From positions 1,364,001 through 1,428,000 of the forward strand of contig OZ251241.1 in the NCBI GenBank assembly GCA_965240325.2: 64,000 nt of DNA, written 5' to 3'. The notes below the pieces were generated by a model. It had not been told where the DNA came from. It saw nothing but the letters and a program-made list of their open reading frames with translations, and did no database searches. The stretch is from Rebecca billardiae RCC1528 (Eukaryota; Protista; Haptophyta). The position numbers and the translations under genes are program-made. Positions 23,061 to 34,292 of the stretch are shown here, one piece after another. How positions within the stretch are numbered: position 1 is the first letter of the stretch; each line of letters starts with the position of its first letter.

Positions 23061-25101
23061 ATGATGGACCTCGAGGTGTACCGCATGGTGCTCGAGTGGA
23101 AGCTGCAGCGCAAGCTCTCCCTCGTCAAGCAGTACGGCTACGACGAGGCGGAGACGGCTTTGCGGCAGGACATGGCCGCCCTCAAGGTCGTGTGGTACAA
23201 CAACTTCCTGCAGGACTGGTGGAGGTGCGCGGCGCGCGCCGCGCGCGCGCACACACACACAGCCCGGCCGCGCGCCCGTCGCCGACCCTGCCCGCTCGCG
23301 CCCTCCGCTCGGCGGCCGGGCGCGCGCGCGCCAGCTTCCTGCGCAACACGCACCCGGTGCTCGCGACGTGCCTGTCGCACCGGCTGCACGTGGTCTCGAA
23401 GACGAAGCGCGCGTTCGTGTACTACATGCTCACCTGCGTGCACGTCACCTTCTCCGTGATGAACGCGGAGGCGGAGACCTGCTCCGAGCCGGGCAACTTT
23501 GAGTGCGACCCGACGGGCCTTACGGTCGAGCGCTGGTGCTGCACGGTCGAGACGCTCGGGCTGATCGCGCTGTACGAGACGTTCCAGCAGATCGGGCTGT
23601 CCGCGATCATCGCGCTCTCCACCATCGTCTTCGGCCAGGTGTGGTTCCTCATCGCCGCGTGCGGCTGCTGCCAGCACCGGCCGCCGGTCGAGCGCGCGCG
23701 CTGGGAGAAGGTGGCGCTGGGCACCCTCGTTGTTTTCGGCAGCATCTGCACGGTGTTCCTCGCGTTCGGGATCGTGTACGTGGTGTCGTTCCCGCAGATC
23801 CGGCTGCCGATGGTGCGCTCCTTCGGCATGATGAAGTCCTTCTCCTTCATCGGCTCCTTCCTCTTCCAGTCGCTCATCTTCTTCCGGCTGTGGCACGCGC
23901 AGGCGCGCGACCCGTTCAAGTACGTGGACAAGTACCACCTGCTGTACACCGACTACCTCGACTTCAGGATGGCGACGGCGCGGCCGGAGCTGCGCTTCCG
24001 CCCGGCGAACTCGGTGTTCTTCCCCTCCGTCCCGCAGCCGGCGCACGCCGCCGCGTGGCCCATCACCCCCGGCCGGAGCAGCTCGCGCAGCGCGCGCTGG
24101 CTCGCGCAGCGCACGCCCGGCGGCGCGGCTCGGCCGCAGCCGGTGCCGCGCGGCGGCGCGGCGTACGCGGCGGAGGCGAAGCGCAACGCCGACGAGATGT
24201 GCGCGCGCGCGCGCGAGGTGCCGCCGCCGCCGCCGCGCGCGCGCGCACGCGCGCACGCCCGCCACTCACCGCCGCTGCCGCCCCCCGCCCTGCGCTGCCC
24301 TCGGCGCGGTGCCGCCCTGGCCGCCTGCGTGGGCGCAGGTCGACAGACTCGTCCTCGCTGCCGTCGCCCTCGGCGGCGGCGCGGCCGCACGACGGCGCGC
24401 CGGCGAGCGCGCCGCTCGGCCGCGGGTCGCGGCGCAGCAGGGCCGAGCCGGACACGCCGTACGTCCCGCCGCCGCGCCGCCCCGCGCCCACGCACGGCCA
24501 GGTCGTCGCGCACGCGCGCGAGGCCGCCGAGCACCGCGCGCACGCAGAGTTCAGACGGCGCTCGCTCGAGGACGAGCTGAGGCACGCGGAGGAGCAGCTG
24601 CTGCGGATCAGCAGCACGCGCGCGGCGGACCCGAGCCTCGCGACGCCGTCGGCGCGGCGCGCCGAGGCCGGCGCCGCCGGCTTCGACGCGCTCGTGTGCG
24701 GCGCCGACGGCGGGTGCGGCGGTGGTGGGAGGAGCAGGACGGGCGGCGCGGGCGGCGGGCGCGGCGCGGGCGCGGCGCCGGGCGCACGCACGCACGTGCG
24801 CGAGGGCGCGGCGCGCATGCTGCCGCGATTAAAGCGGCGCGCGGAGGAGCGGCACCGACGCGCACTCGGTGCGGCCGGCGGCGCCTCGCACGACCCCGAG
24901 GCCGGCGGGTACGGCGGCGGCGGTGGCGCAGGCGGCGGCGGTGCCGACCCGGGCGCTGAGGCAGCAGCCGAGGCAGCAGCACCGCGCGATCGGCCTCCGC
25001 CCCAGCCGCCGCACGCCGCCAGCGGCAGCGCGGAGGAGATGCGCTGGCTGCGCGACTTCGAGGTGGAGGGCGATGGTGACGGCCACGCGCTGCACGCCTA
25101 A
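23061..25101 (+). CDS. Unknown multi-pass membrane protein with disordered C-terminus
   Basis: Exons 23061-23224, 23335-24198, 24339-25101 splice in frame with strong GC3 codon bias; about 4 hydrophobic segments and a Cys-rich loop. Confidence 0.75.
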
Positions 25102-25931
25102 CCCGCCGCGCGTCGTCGGCGCAGGTGGCGCGCACGAGCTGCCACGCAAGCCGGCGGCGCTGCGGGGCCGCCGCGGGCGCACGGCGGACCGCGCAGGCAC
25201 GGCGGACCGCGCAGGTCAACGGTCGAACGGACGAGTCGAGACAGCCAGCTAATTAATAACTTAATCATATAAGCCCAGCAGGTACTCTGCTGTAACTCTG
25301 CATGCCGATCGTCTCACTGCATATGTTAGCAGTCACTACTCGATTCCGCGGGCAGAGACGGTGCAGCCGAGTGCTGCCGCAGTGACACCCGGGAGTCCCG
25401 GGACTACGTCACTTGTCACTGTCAGCTGAGCCTGATGCCTACTACAGCTGACTGACAGTGACAGGCGGCCACTCCGGGGGCTCAAACTGACGCCGTGACG
25501 GACGCGACGATCGAGTCGTCGTCGGAGTGATGACTACGGCGGGCCAGGGCGCCCGTATTGTCAGGCCCGCCCCGGGGGCCCGCGGCCGCGCCGGAGCCCG
25601 GAGCCCCAGCGCCGCAGCGCGGCCGGCCGGGCCGGCTGCGGCCGCCCGGATCGATGAACTGCGGCCTACGCGGACGTACGCGGTGGCTGACGCCGACTAT
25701 AAGTAGAGTTATTAGCTAGTTACTCGCCGCCAGCGCCGAGAGTCTAACCTGCTGCGGACGGCGGCACACGCGAATCACGCGTATACACTTAATACAGATT
25801 ACATTGTCCGGTACTGGCACTACTGGCGCAACCTGCGGTGCTCACTGACTTTGTTAAATCGACCGATATTGCCTGCGCAAGCTGCAAATAATAAGGTCGA
25901 GCCTGGGGCGGGCGGAGTATCGCCGGCCGAG

Positions 25932-27173
25932 CTAAGCGAGCTGCTGAGCTGCCCATGTGGCAGCCGGGCCCGGGAGCCTGCGCCGCTCCAGTGCCAGCTG
26001 CAGGCAGTCCATCCGAGAGTGCAGCAACGGCCGAGCGTGCGCAGCCACAGCAGCGTAGGCCAGCGCCACGAGCCCGATTCCGCCGAGGAACGCGGCCGCC
26101 GCGTTCGGTCTGGTCGAATGCGCCGCCACGCGCCCGTCGGCGAGGGGACGCCAGGTGCCCGCCGACGCCGCGCCCTCAGCTGTCGCTGCGGCCACGCTCG
26201 TCGCCGCGGCCGAGCTCGCGCTGGACTCACACCGTGGGCGTTGCCCCTTGAGGAGGCGGAGGTACACGGAGAGGACGTGGAACTCGAGCATGCAGGCGAG
26301 GCACGTGCCCGTGTTCATCTGCTCGGTGTAGTTGCAGTGCACGCACGGTGGCGGCGGCGGAGCCTCGGGCCAGGTGCACCCGGCGCCGACGAGGCCGCCC
26401 GGCTGCTGCTCTGCAGCGCGCTGCACCGGGTCGTTGCCGTCTGCGAGGGAGAAGGCGGAGCCGGGCGCGATGGCGGCGGTGCGCGCCGCGAGGCGGAAGG
26501 GGTACGCGGTCGGCGGCTGCGCAAGCGCAACGACGGGAGCCGGCCGCGCGGTGCCGCCCTGCTCGCGAGCCTGCAGCGCCGCGCCCACGAGCACAGCGAG
26601 CGCCGCGCCGAGGCTGTGGCCGGTGATCAGCAGCTCGAGCGGCGGTGGGTAGCGCGCGCGCACGGCGGTCGCGAAGCGCACGGCTGCGCTGTAGTAGTCG
26701 ATCGTTGCGTCCGAAAATTGCGCGCAGAACGGTGGCATCTCCGCGCGGCTCGCGAGCTGCGTGAGCCGCGCGTCCGCACATGCGTCAGCCATGCCTGAGA
26801 CCTCGCTCGTGTTGAGGTCGGTGCCTCGGAAGGCGAGGAGGACCCGCCCGCCCTCCGCGTCGACGAAGACGAGCGCACGCATGCCCCCGCCTGGCGGGTC
26901 GTGCGTGAGCTCCGATTTGGCAAAGCCAGGCACGGTCCGGTTCGCGTCCCACGGGTGGAAGTAAGACGAGCCAATGGTCGCCGTGTACGTCAGCGTGATG
27001 GCCTTCGCCAGCGGCTCCATGAACGCGTCGAACGCCTCCGAGTCCCACGCATGCGGAAGGGCCGAGATGTTCCAACCGCTGAAGTTGAAGTTCGGCGACG
27101 TGCTGCCGTTGGGCGAGGCGTCGGCGCAAAGAACGAGCAAGGCGGCCGCGAGCGCCCAGCGGCCGGCCGCCAT
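25932..27173 (-). CDS. Secreted/membrane-anchored class 3 lipase (alpha/beta hydrolase)
   Basis: N-terminal signal peptide, LAFRGT, nucleophile elbow ITGHSLGAALA, NDPV, a catalytic-His candidate (EFH), C-terminal TM helix. Confidence 0.9.
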   Translation of the reverse strand: MAAGRWALAAALLVLCADASPNGSTSPNFNFSGWNISALPHAWDSEAFDAFMEPLAKAITLTYTATIGSSYFHPWDANRTVPGFAKSELTHDPPGGGMRALVFVDAEGGRVLLAFRGTDLNTSEVSGMADACADARLTQLASRAEMPPFCAQFSDATIDYYSAAVRFATAVRARYPPPLELLITGHSLGAALAVLVGAALQAREQGGTARPAPVVALAQPPTAYPFRLAARTAAIAPGSAFSLADGNDPVQRAAEQQPGGLVGAGCTWPEAPPPPPCVHCNYTEQMNTGTCLACMLEFHVLSVYLRLLKGQRPRCESSASSAAATSVAAATAEGAASAGTWRPLADGRVAAHSTRPNAAAAFLGGIGLVALAYAAVAAHARPLLHSRMDCLQLALERRRLPGPAATWAAQQLA

Positions 27174-27539
27174 CGCGATTCAGCGGCCAGGAAGGCCTGG
27201 GTAAGGACATAAGCCACATGCACGCGGCGCTGCTGGTGTGCCGCACTCCTTGTGTTCGCCGTCACGGCGACGCGGCCACTGAGACGGAGCGAGCCGCGCT
27301 ACTGCCCGAACGCGGACAGCGCCCCGCCCAACTCCGGTGACGTGCTGCGTGCGCACCTGGCCGCGCTATCACGATGCGCGACGATGGGCCCTTGGTGCGA
27401 GCGAAATCGCAAGGTGTCGGATGTGGTGCCTCGTGACCTCGCGTCCGAGGAAGGCTGGAGCGGGCCGCAGCTGCCCGTGCGCGAGGCGTGTGACTGGCCC
27501 CAACCGCGCACATGCGCGCGGCCACGTCGCGGGGGAATC

Positions 27540-28556
27540 AGCGATATCCCCATCCTTGTGGCACCGAGGGCCAGTCTCATCCTGTACACAGTCTTCAAGG
27601 CGGGCTCGACGGCGGTAGCTACATGGTGGAAGCGCTGTTTTGGCCACAGCAAGTCCCGTACTGAGTCGAAGGTACATCGCCATGACGCGGTACCCACCCA
27701 CACGAGCCATGAGTGCGCTGGGCGAGGCGCTCAAGTGGACGACGCAAGGCCAAGCCGTGGAGCTGCACAGTGGCAAAGCTTACCTGCCGAGTGGCCATAA
27801 GCTCATGGCCCGCCTCTCGAAGAGGACTCGCGCCACGCTCGATGCCCCTCACGAGGGCGGCGTCGGCACGTGGCCACTCGCGCCGTTTGAGATGATCTGG
27901 GAGCGCTTCCAGCGAGCTCAAGACGGCTGGCAGCTTGCTGGGCTCGGCCCGGAGCGCGCGCACCAGATCGCGTGGGTACGTGCGCGTTGCCGCCTACACG
28001 CCGGCGTGCCCGGCGCGGCCGAAGAGCTGCTCGAGTTCAACCACAGCGAGGCGTAGCGGCTGCGCGCGTTCCTGCACAGCGTGCGGTGCACACTGCCTTT
28101 CTCGACGGCGCGGCACACGCCCGCGCGCCAGGTAGGAAGGGTCGCAACCATTCCGACCTGGCGCGCGGGCCGGCCACGTCCTGGCGCGTGACACCGCGCG
28201 CACAGCACATGGTGCACGCCCAGCGGCTCGGCGAGGAGCTCAATGCGTCGCTGCACGCCGCGGGCCTCTCCGCCGTTGTCGAGCGGTGCGGGCTGCCCGG
28301 TGCGGCTAACGTGGCGCACAACAGCGGTGCCAAGCGTCTCCACTCGAGCGGCGTGCTCGATGGCTCCTGCGCGACGAGCCGGAGCTGATGCAGATGCTGT
28401 GCCGTGCGTACTTCCAGGACTTCGTGTGCGGCGGGTACGAGCTGCCGCCTGCATGCAACGACACGCTGTACCCCGACTGGCGGTGCCCGGTGGCTTCAGC
28501 CCGGTCCGCGGCCAGCACGGCACTACTCAGAGCAGCGCATCACCTGAGCTGCGGCC
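27540..28556 (+). pseudogene. Disrupted sulfotransferase family 2-like gene
   Basis: 5'-PSB-like FKAGST, 3'-PB-like TRYPPTRAMSA and C-terminal LCRAYFQDFVCGGYELP lie in different frames; in-frame TAG at 28054-28056; no spliceable introns of normal size restore the frame. Confidence 0.65.
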
Positions 28557-28564
28557 AATTATTA

Positions 28565-30258
28565 AATGACCGCGTTCCGCGGTCCTTTTCCGTAGAACGA
28601 ACGTAGTTCAGGGCCCGCGGTGGCGGTGCACCCTCCATCGCAGTCGTCTATTGACAGACCCGGAGTTGCATGCCCGTACAACTAGACTCCAGCGGCGCGC
28701 CGCCGCCCGCCGCGCCCGGGGCGCGGGCCCATCGGCGCACTTCGCAGCCGCCGGCGCGGCGCCGATTGTGTACAGGCGGATGCGACGAGGCGTGATCGAC
28801 GCATGAGCGCGACTCCACGTGCACGCCAGGCCACGCGAAGCTGACAGCCAGGGAGCACGGTGCGGGGCCGCGGATTCGTTCGGGCCGCTGCTGCTGACTG
28901 ACCGCTGTCCCGCCGCGGGTCACCGCGCACCGGCCGAGCGCCAGGATAGTTAGATGATTTGCACTGGTCCGAGTAGGGTTCGACCAGCGCCTGCGCGACG
29001 GCCGACAGGCGGGCGCGAGGCGTGATCGACGCATGAGCGCAACTCGACGTGCACGCCAGGCCACGCGGAGCTGACAGCCCGAGGGAGCACGGTGCCGAGG
29101 TCGGAGGTGCGACTGGGCACCAGTCACGGATCGTTTGCGCACGCCGCGCGTGCACGGGCTGACACACCTCGATCAGGCTCGGCACGCGTTGCAGAGGCAC
29201 AGCCAGCTCTGGGGACGTCACGCACCACCGTCGCCCGCGCAGCTCGTCCTCCTCGTAGAGTACCGTTCAGTTCCGAGGCGTAGCCCTCGCTCAGAGTCGA
29301 CCGTCGACGATGGACTCGGATCGTCGGCGCTCCCCGGAAAGGCATGGCAAGGGCGGCGCGTGGTGAAGTCGAAGACTCAGAGATCGATCAGTCCGGCATC
29401 AGGCGCCGCTGCCCCCGAGCTTGCGAGAGCCCGAATACAGGGCGGCTGCCGCGGCGCGGCCGGGGCGCCCCGGCGCCGACCGGCGCGCGGCCGCGCGCAG
29501 GCATCCGGCGCCGACCGGCGCGCGGCCGCGCGGCAGGCATCGACACGGGGCGGCGGGGGCGCGCGGAGTGAGCGGGGGCACGAACGCGATGTCGACGGCA
29601 GTCGGGACCCGCCGCAGCCGCGCGCTCCAGGCGCAACTCGCCGCGCGCACGTGCCCATCGCCGTCCTCACCCGTCGCGGTCGCTCGTGCGGCTCGCCCCC
29701 TCTCGCGGAGCCAGTGAGTCTCGCCGCAGCCGCGGCAACCAAGGTTTGGCTTTGCTGGGCAGCCGGCTCCACTCGTGTCAGATAGTATTGAGATTCGCCG
29801 AGGTTGGCCCATCGGCTACTGACCCTTGCCTCGTCGGCTCCTGATACAGACACGGCGCGATTGAATAGTTGATTCAACTGATTCAAGGGACGTACATGGT
29901 CACATCGGTTCGCGGCAATCTCCATCTAGATACGTCATCGCTCCTTGGACCTTGCTGCAATATCATTGGCCGGAAAAATCGCTTGTAACGGTTCGTTACG
30001 TTAGGGATCCTAAAGGGCGTGAAGTTTTTTGGACGGGCGTCACTCCACGCTTTACTATGAACTTGCCGTGGGCGCGACCTTTTTCGGCCGTGATGCATGT
30101 TAGAGAGGGTCTCAAAATTCGAAATGACTCGGTCTCCTCCAGCCATGAAAATCGTCCCCCGTCCCTTTTTTCTTGATCAAAGATCTTTTTGAAACGTTGT
30201 TCGGGCCCGCTGGTGCGGGCTCCACGCTGCGCGCTCCGCCCTGCACCGCGGGCCATAA
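28565..30258 (-). mobile_element. Non-autonomous Helentron/Helitron2-like element, copy 1 (~1.7 kb)
   Basis: Terminal hairpin GACCGCG-TTC-CGCGGTC at 28568-28584; subterminal IR GGCCCGCGGTG at 28612-28622 pairs with CACCGCGGGCC at 30244-30254; extra internal IR at 30204-30215; both ends shared with copy 2. Confidence 0.75.
28786..29094. repeat. ~78-bp direct repeat inside element copy 1 (28786-28863 vs 29016-29094)
   Basis: Shared GAGGCGTGATCGACGCATGAGCGC...GGGAGCACGGTGC. Confidence 0.85.
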
Positions 30259-30264
30259 ATTATT

Positions 30265-30313
30265 AATATATATGTGGGGTTATTGGCACAATAACTGATT
30301 GTCTAAGAGGACG
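30265..30313. repeat. AT-rich ~50-bp sequence repeated, split by element copy 2, at ~32951-32984 + 34293-34316
   Basis: TATATATGTGGGGTTATTGGCACAATAA-CTGATTGTCTAAGAGGACG matches the joined flanks of element copy 2. Confidence 0.85.
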
Positions 30314-32984
30314 GTGGGAGCGCAATGCGCCGTATGGTATCAACACCTGCCTGCCAATCGGCCCGAGGCAGGCGGCCGAGCGCAAGTCCGGCTGCCATCT
30401 TGGCCACCCTCTTCTCGTGCCAAGAGGGTCTTTCGAGCCTGCTCTGTGCTCGCGCACAACGGCCCAGAACTAGCTAACTCGTTGTGCTGCTCCTGAGCTT
30501 TGAGCGGGTTGGCATGGTGGCTCTGGACAGCCAATTGCCATTGCCGTAGGTGGGTCCCTGGCGATTTTCCAGCGGTCTTTTAAACATTTACCGGGTTTTC
30601 TGGCCTGATTTCTTTTCGCGCGGGGCGCGGCTCGGGAAAATCGCCGGGCCGCCGGCCGAGGTCGATCTGAACGCTCCCGACGATGTCGGAGCGCCTCTCC
30701 AGCGCGACCGAGCCGCCGTGTGTCGGGTAGACCACAGCCAACACCTATCGCGCGCTCCAGCGCTTTGCGCGTGCTCACGGATGGGATCCGTGGTCACACA
30801 TTCCCCGCCTGGCACGTGCCCGCATGTTTGACTCTCGCCCGGCTAGACGCGTACAGACAACTTGAATCGATCGGCGGGTGTTCGAGCCGTGCCTTCGAGC
30901 AGGGCCACTTTTCGCTACAGGTGGGTCAGGTGACGGGAGGCATGGGCCACCATCAGGCATGGGCATGCTCTTGACGTCCCCGCCGTCTTGAGCAGCTCTA
31001 CACACCGTGAAGGTGACATTTGGGCTGTGCGCAAGCTGCTCGTGAGAACGCACGACAGCCAGCCCCGGGCTCTCGGGGAGCCATGTAAGCGATTGGCGAC
31101 TTCCGAGAGGGCGTGTTTGGTGGGGGTTGGTACCAATCATCGACCAGCAGGCCTAGGATGGGTGCACTGAGGACTTGGGATGCTGAGAAGCCGCCGCGAT
31201 GTGCGGCGAGCACGCCGACTTGCCATCCGTGTGCACGATCCAGCGCCAGGAAGATCAGCAGGGCCTTTGACAGCGGCAGCAGGCGCTCAGCGATCCTTCC
31301 CTATGCCGAGTGTGGGCATAGTATGCGGTGCTCGAGGGTGGTCGCAGGATATGGGTCCATTCTTGACAGAACGCGGTCGCGTTGACAGGCGCGGGTGCCA
31401 CCCCACGCTGTTGCTCCTGCCATTGGGTGGTCCCACTCGTTCCGCTTGTGGTCTGCGAGGACTCGTGCTCAGCAACTCTACGGCTAGGCGTAGTAGACCC
31501 CTCAGACGCATGTCTGATGATTGCCCGGCACGTTCTCGTCGTCACGTTGGGTGTACTTGAGCGAGCGGAAGCCGCAACGTGATGGCTAGGCCAGCAGCTC
31601 AACCATCTGACGTCTCGCCGGCCAACCGTGGCTGAGTGCTCTCAGCCTAGCAGCAGCGTCGGTGAACCTATCGTATTGCTGCCTTGCGAGAAGATGGTAG
31701 GAGGCATCGTCGGCGGCATGGGCTGCAGCTGCGGTAGTCATGGACTGGTGGCGGCCTCACGCGGGCGGGCATACGACGACCGGCGACACGCGGAGTACGA
31801 GCACGGAAGCCGCCGAACGCGGCAAGCTCCGGCGGTGGCGTTGGCTGATAGTCCAGCCTCGACGGCGGAGGGCTCCCGTGTGACGACGGCGGCATGCTCG
31901 GTGGCGGGCGATGGTGTGTGCCTCGGCACGCAGCCCGCCACAAACACTGCCACTCGCAGGCAGTCCGGTTGCGGCCCGGGGCCGGGTTGCCTGTGTCCGC
32001 GTCGCTCGGCGCCTATTCGATGACCCAACAAACGTACCCACATATCGGAACTAATTTGAATATATAGTGAACCGCATCCACGGTCAATATAAAGTGGGTA
32101 ATACTCATACTGTATACGGGTAAGTGGCTATATATGAAGTGGGTAATATGCTCGATCTTGCTGTAGTTTGTTGGAGGTATCAGCGCACAGCATAGAGCCC
32201 CACTCTTTGCTTCATAAAATGGTTCGGTCGGGTGTCAACGGTTGTCAATAAGTTATTCCGATCGCATGTCGCCATCTAGCCACCATAACCATGAAGTAAC
32301 GCTTCGCAAAATCTCTATGTGACACTACTGGCGCGGCGCGCGCGCGCTCGGCCGCGCGACGGCACGCGGAGTAGGTTTTGAGGTCGAAACTTTTGCTCCG
32401 CCCCGATGGGACGCATTTATAGCGTCGATTCTGGGTGAGAGACAAAATCTAGGACGTCATTCTGAGTGCGCCAGAATATCGCCCCAGTTGGGAGGGACCC
32501 ACCTACAATTGGTGGCCTGGATTCTTTCATCTGGCGCCGAGCCGACCGACGCGGCCCTGTGTCTCTCTCGCTCACGCAGCGGACGACGCCCTTCGTTTCG
32601 GAAGCGCCCACTGTCCTGATGGCTGCAGCTGTTCTGGGCCTGCATCTTTCAGGGCGCCCGCCTCTGCACGATGGTGCCTCGTGCCTCGCTCTCGTGCGGC
32701 TTGGCGGCTCTCGAGCTGCATCTTCCAAGCTGTCTCACACCGCGCGTCTGTCGGCGTCGAGCGGCCAGTCCTGCCGCGCGCTCGGCCTGAGCGGCTGCCG
32801 CTCGCACTTTGTTTCCGAGGAACAAAAAAAATCCCTTATTCAATGTATAGAGTCTGGTATCTCGCAGCGTGGCTCCGCCCTGCCCGGCGTGTGCCTCGCC
32901 TCCTCGCTGCATCTGGATGGCGCAGGCGCTTCGAGGACGGCTAGACATATATATATATGTGGGGTTATATATTGGTACAATAAT

Positions 32985-34292
32985 AATGACCGCGTTCCGC
33001 GGTCCTTTTCTGCATAGAATCAACGCAGTTGGGGGCCCGCGGTGGCCGTGCAATCGCGGCTCTCCGCCGTAGTGATGATGGCAGTTCGCCAGTTGAAGTC
33101 GGTTCTGAGATGACTGAAGCTATATTAGTCCGACCGTCGCCCTGCCTGCGCGACCGCGAGACTCATTCACACTTCACACAATCACAGCAGCGGACCTGAG
33201 ACCGCACCCGGCACCGGTCGTCAAATCGGACGTCCGTCTGACAACTAGCTGCCAAATGTCCAACTGGCTGATCAGCTCGGATCCGACCCGTCCGCGATCG
33301 TGCCATCGGCATCGGAATTACTACTAGTAGCTGCCAAACTGTGTCCAACTCTGGCTGATCAGCTCGGATCCGACCCGTCCGCGATCGTGCCGAGTGAGTC
33401 GTGCCGCGGAGCTCGGAGTACTGAAGGAGTCGGGTGTGACAGCAGGGTGCTTTAGCGCTGCGGCCCGTGCCAGCCAACGACCAGACGTACTCTGGCCACT
33501 TGACCCGTTGCACGGGTGAGTGACCGTACGCCCTGCCTAGTGCCTACCGCGCGCGCCGCGCGACCGCGGCGACTCGGGGTGATGGAGAGCGGATGGCGAC
33601 AGCAGCAGCAGTCCTCATGAAGACGATGAAACTGGCGGCACGGGTGCACGAGGTGGCAGGCGAAAGCGCGCCGACGAGACCGCATTTGACACACCTGAGC
33701 CGCACGCGCGTGCCGTCGCCCGGAGCGGCGAGCGCTGCAAACGCGCAACCGTACCGCGCGCGCCACGACGGCGCGGCACTAGCTGATGCAGGCCGTACTG
33801 CCGGCACTGCTTCTGCGATCATGCGCCACGGTCGCAGCTGACTGCGTGAGCAGCAAGCGGGAGGCGGGTCCGGAGGCACGTGCAGGCGCCGTCCCGCATA
33901 TCTGCCATCGCCCATCGTGCCGGGGCACGTCACCTCCGACGATCCGGATGTGGCCCAGTCCGGACGTCACGCGATCCGGGAAGACGAGTACGATTCGCTC
34001 GTAACGAACCGTTACACTAATGTCACGTCCAGCTGACGTCCAGATCGCACTTTACTTAAGGGAATCAGCTGGTCGCGGTTTTTTTTTGGCCTGATAGACC
34101 TCTCAATGCGATCTCAAAAACTCGATCGAAACTCGGTCTCCGCCAGCCCTAAAAATCGCCCCCCGTCCCTTTTTTTCCGCCGCCCCCCGTCCCTTTTTTC
34201 TTGCTGATCAAATAAGATCTTTTTGAAACGTGGTTCGGGCCCGCTGGTGCGGGCTCCACGCTGCGCGCTCCGCCCTGCACCGCGGGCCATAA
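32985..34292 (-). mobile_element. Non-autonomous Helentron/Helitron2-like element, copy 2 (~1.3 kb)
   Basis: Identical hairpin at 32988-33004, subterminal IR pair 33034-33044 / 34278-34288, and a ~180-bp end shared with copy 1; the interior is different. Confidence 0.75.
33244..33391. repeat. ~60-bp tandem duplication inside element copy 2
   Basis: TAGCTGCCAAA...GGCTGATCAGCTCGGATCCGACCCGTCCGCGATCGTGCC occurs twice. Confidence 0.85.

Noticed and set aside
28960-28995. tRNA-like GGTTCGA motif
   Set aside because: No cloverleaf or acceptor stem; no tRNA, rRNA or snRNA was recognised anywhere in the window.
29150-29400. Possible RepHel zinc-finger remnant (WLCLCNAC) inside element copy 1
   Set aside because: Too short and interrupted by stops; no HUH or helicase motif found.
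30315-32932. Classification of the central insert as a hAT-type TIR transposon with 8-bp TSD GAGGACGG
   Set aside because: Putative TIRs are short and imperfect and no transposase is visible; kept only as an unexplained insert.
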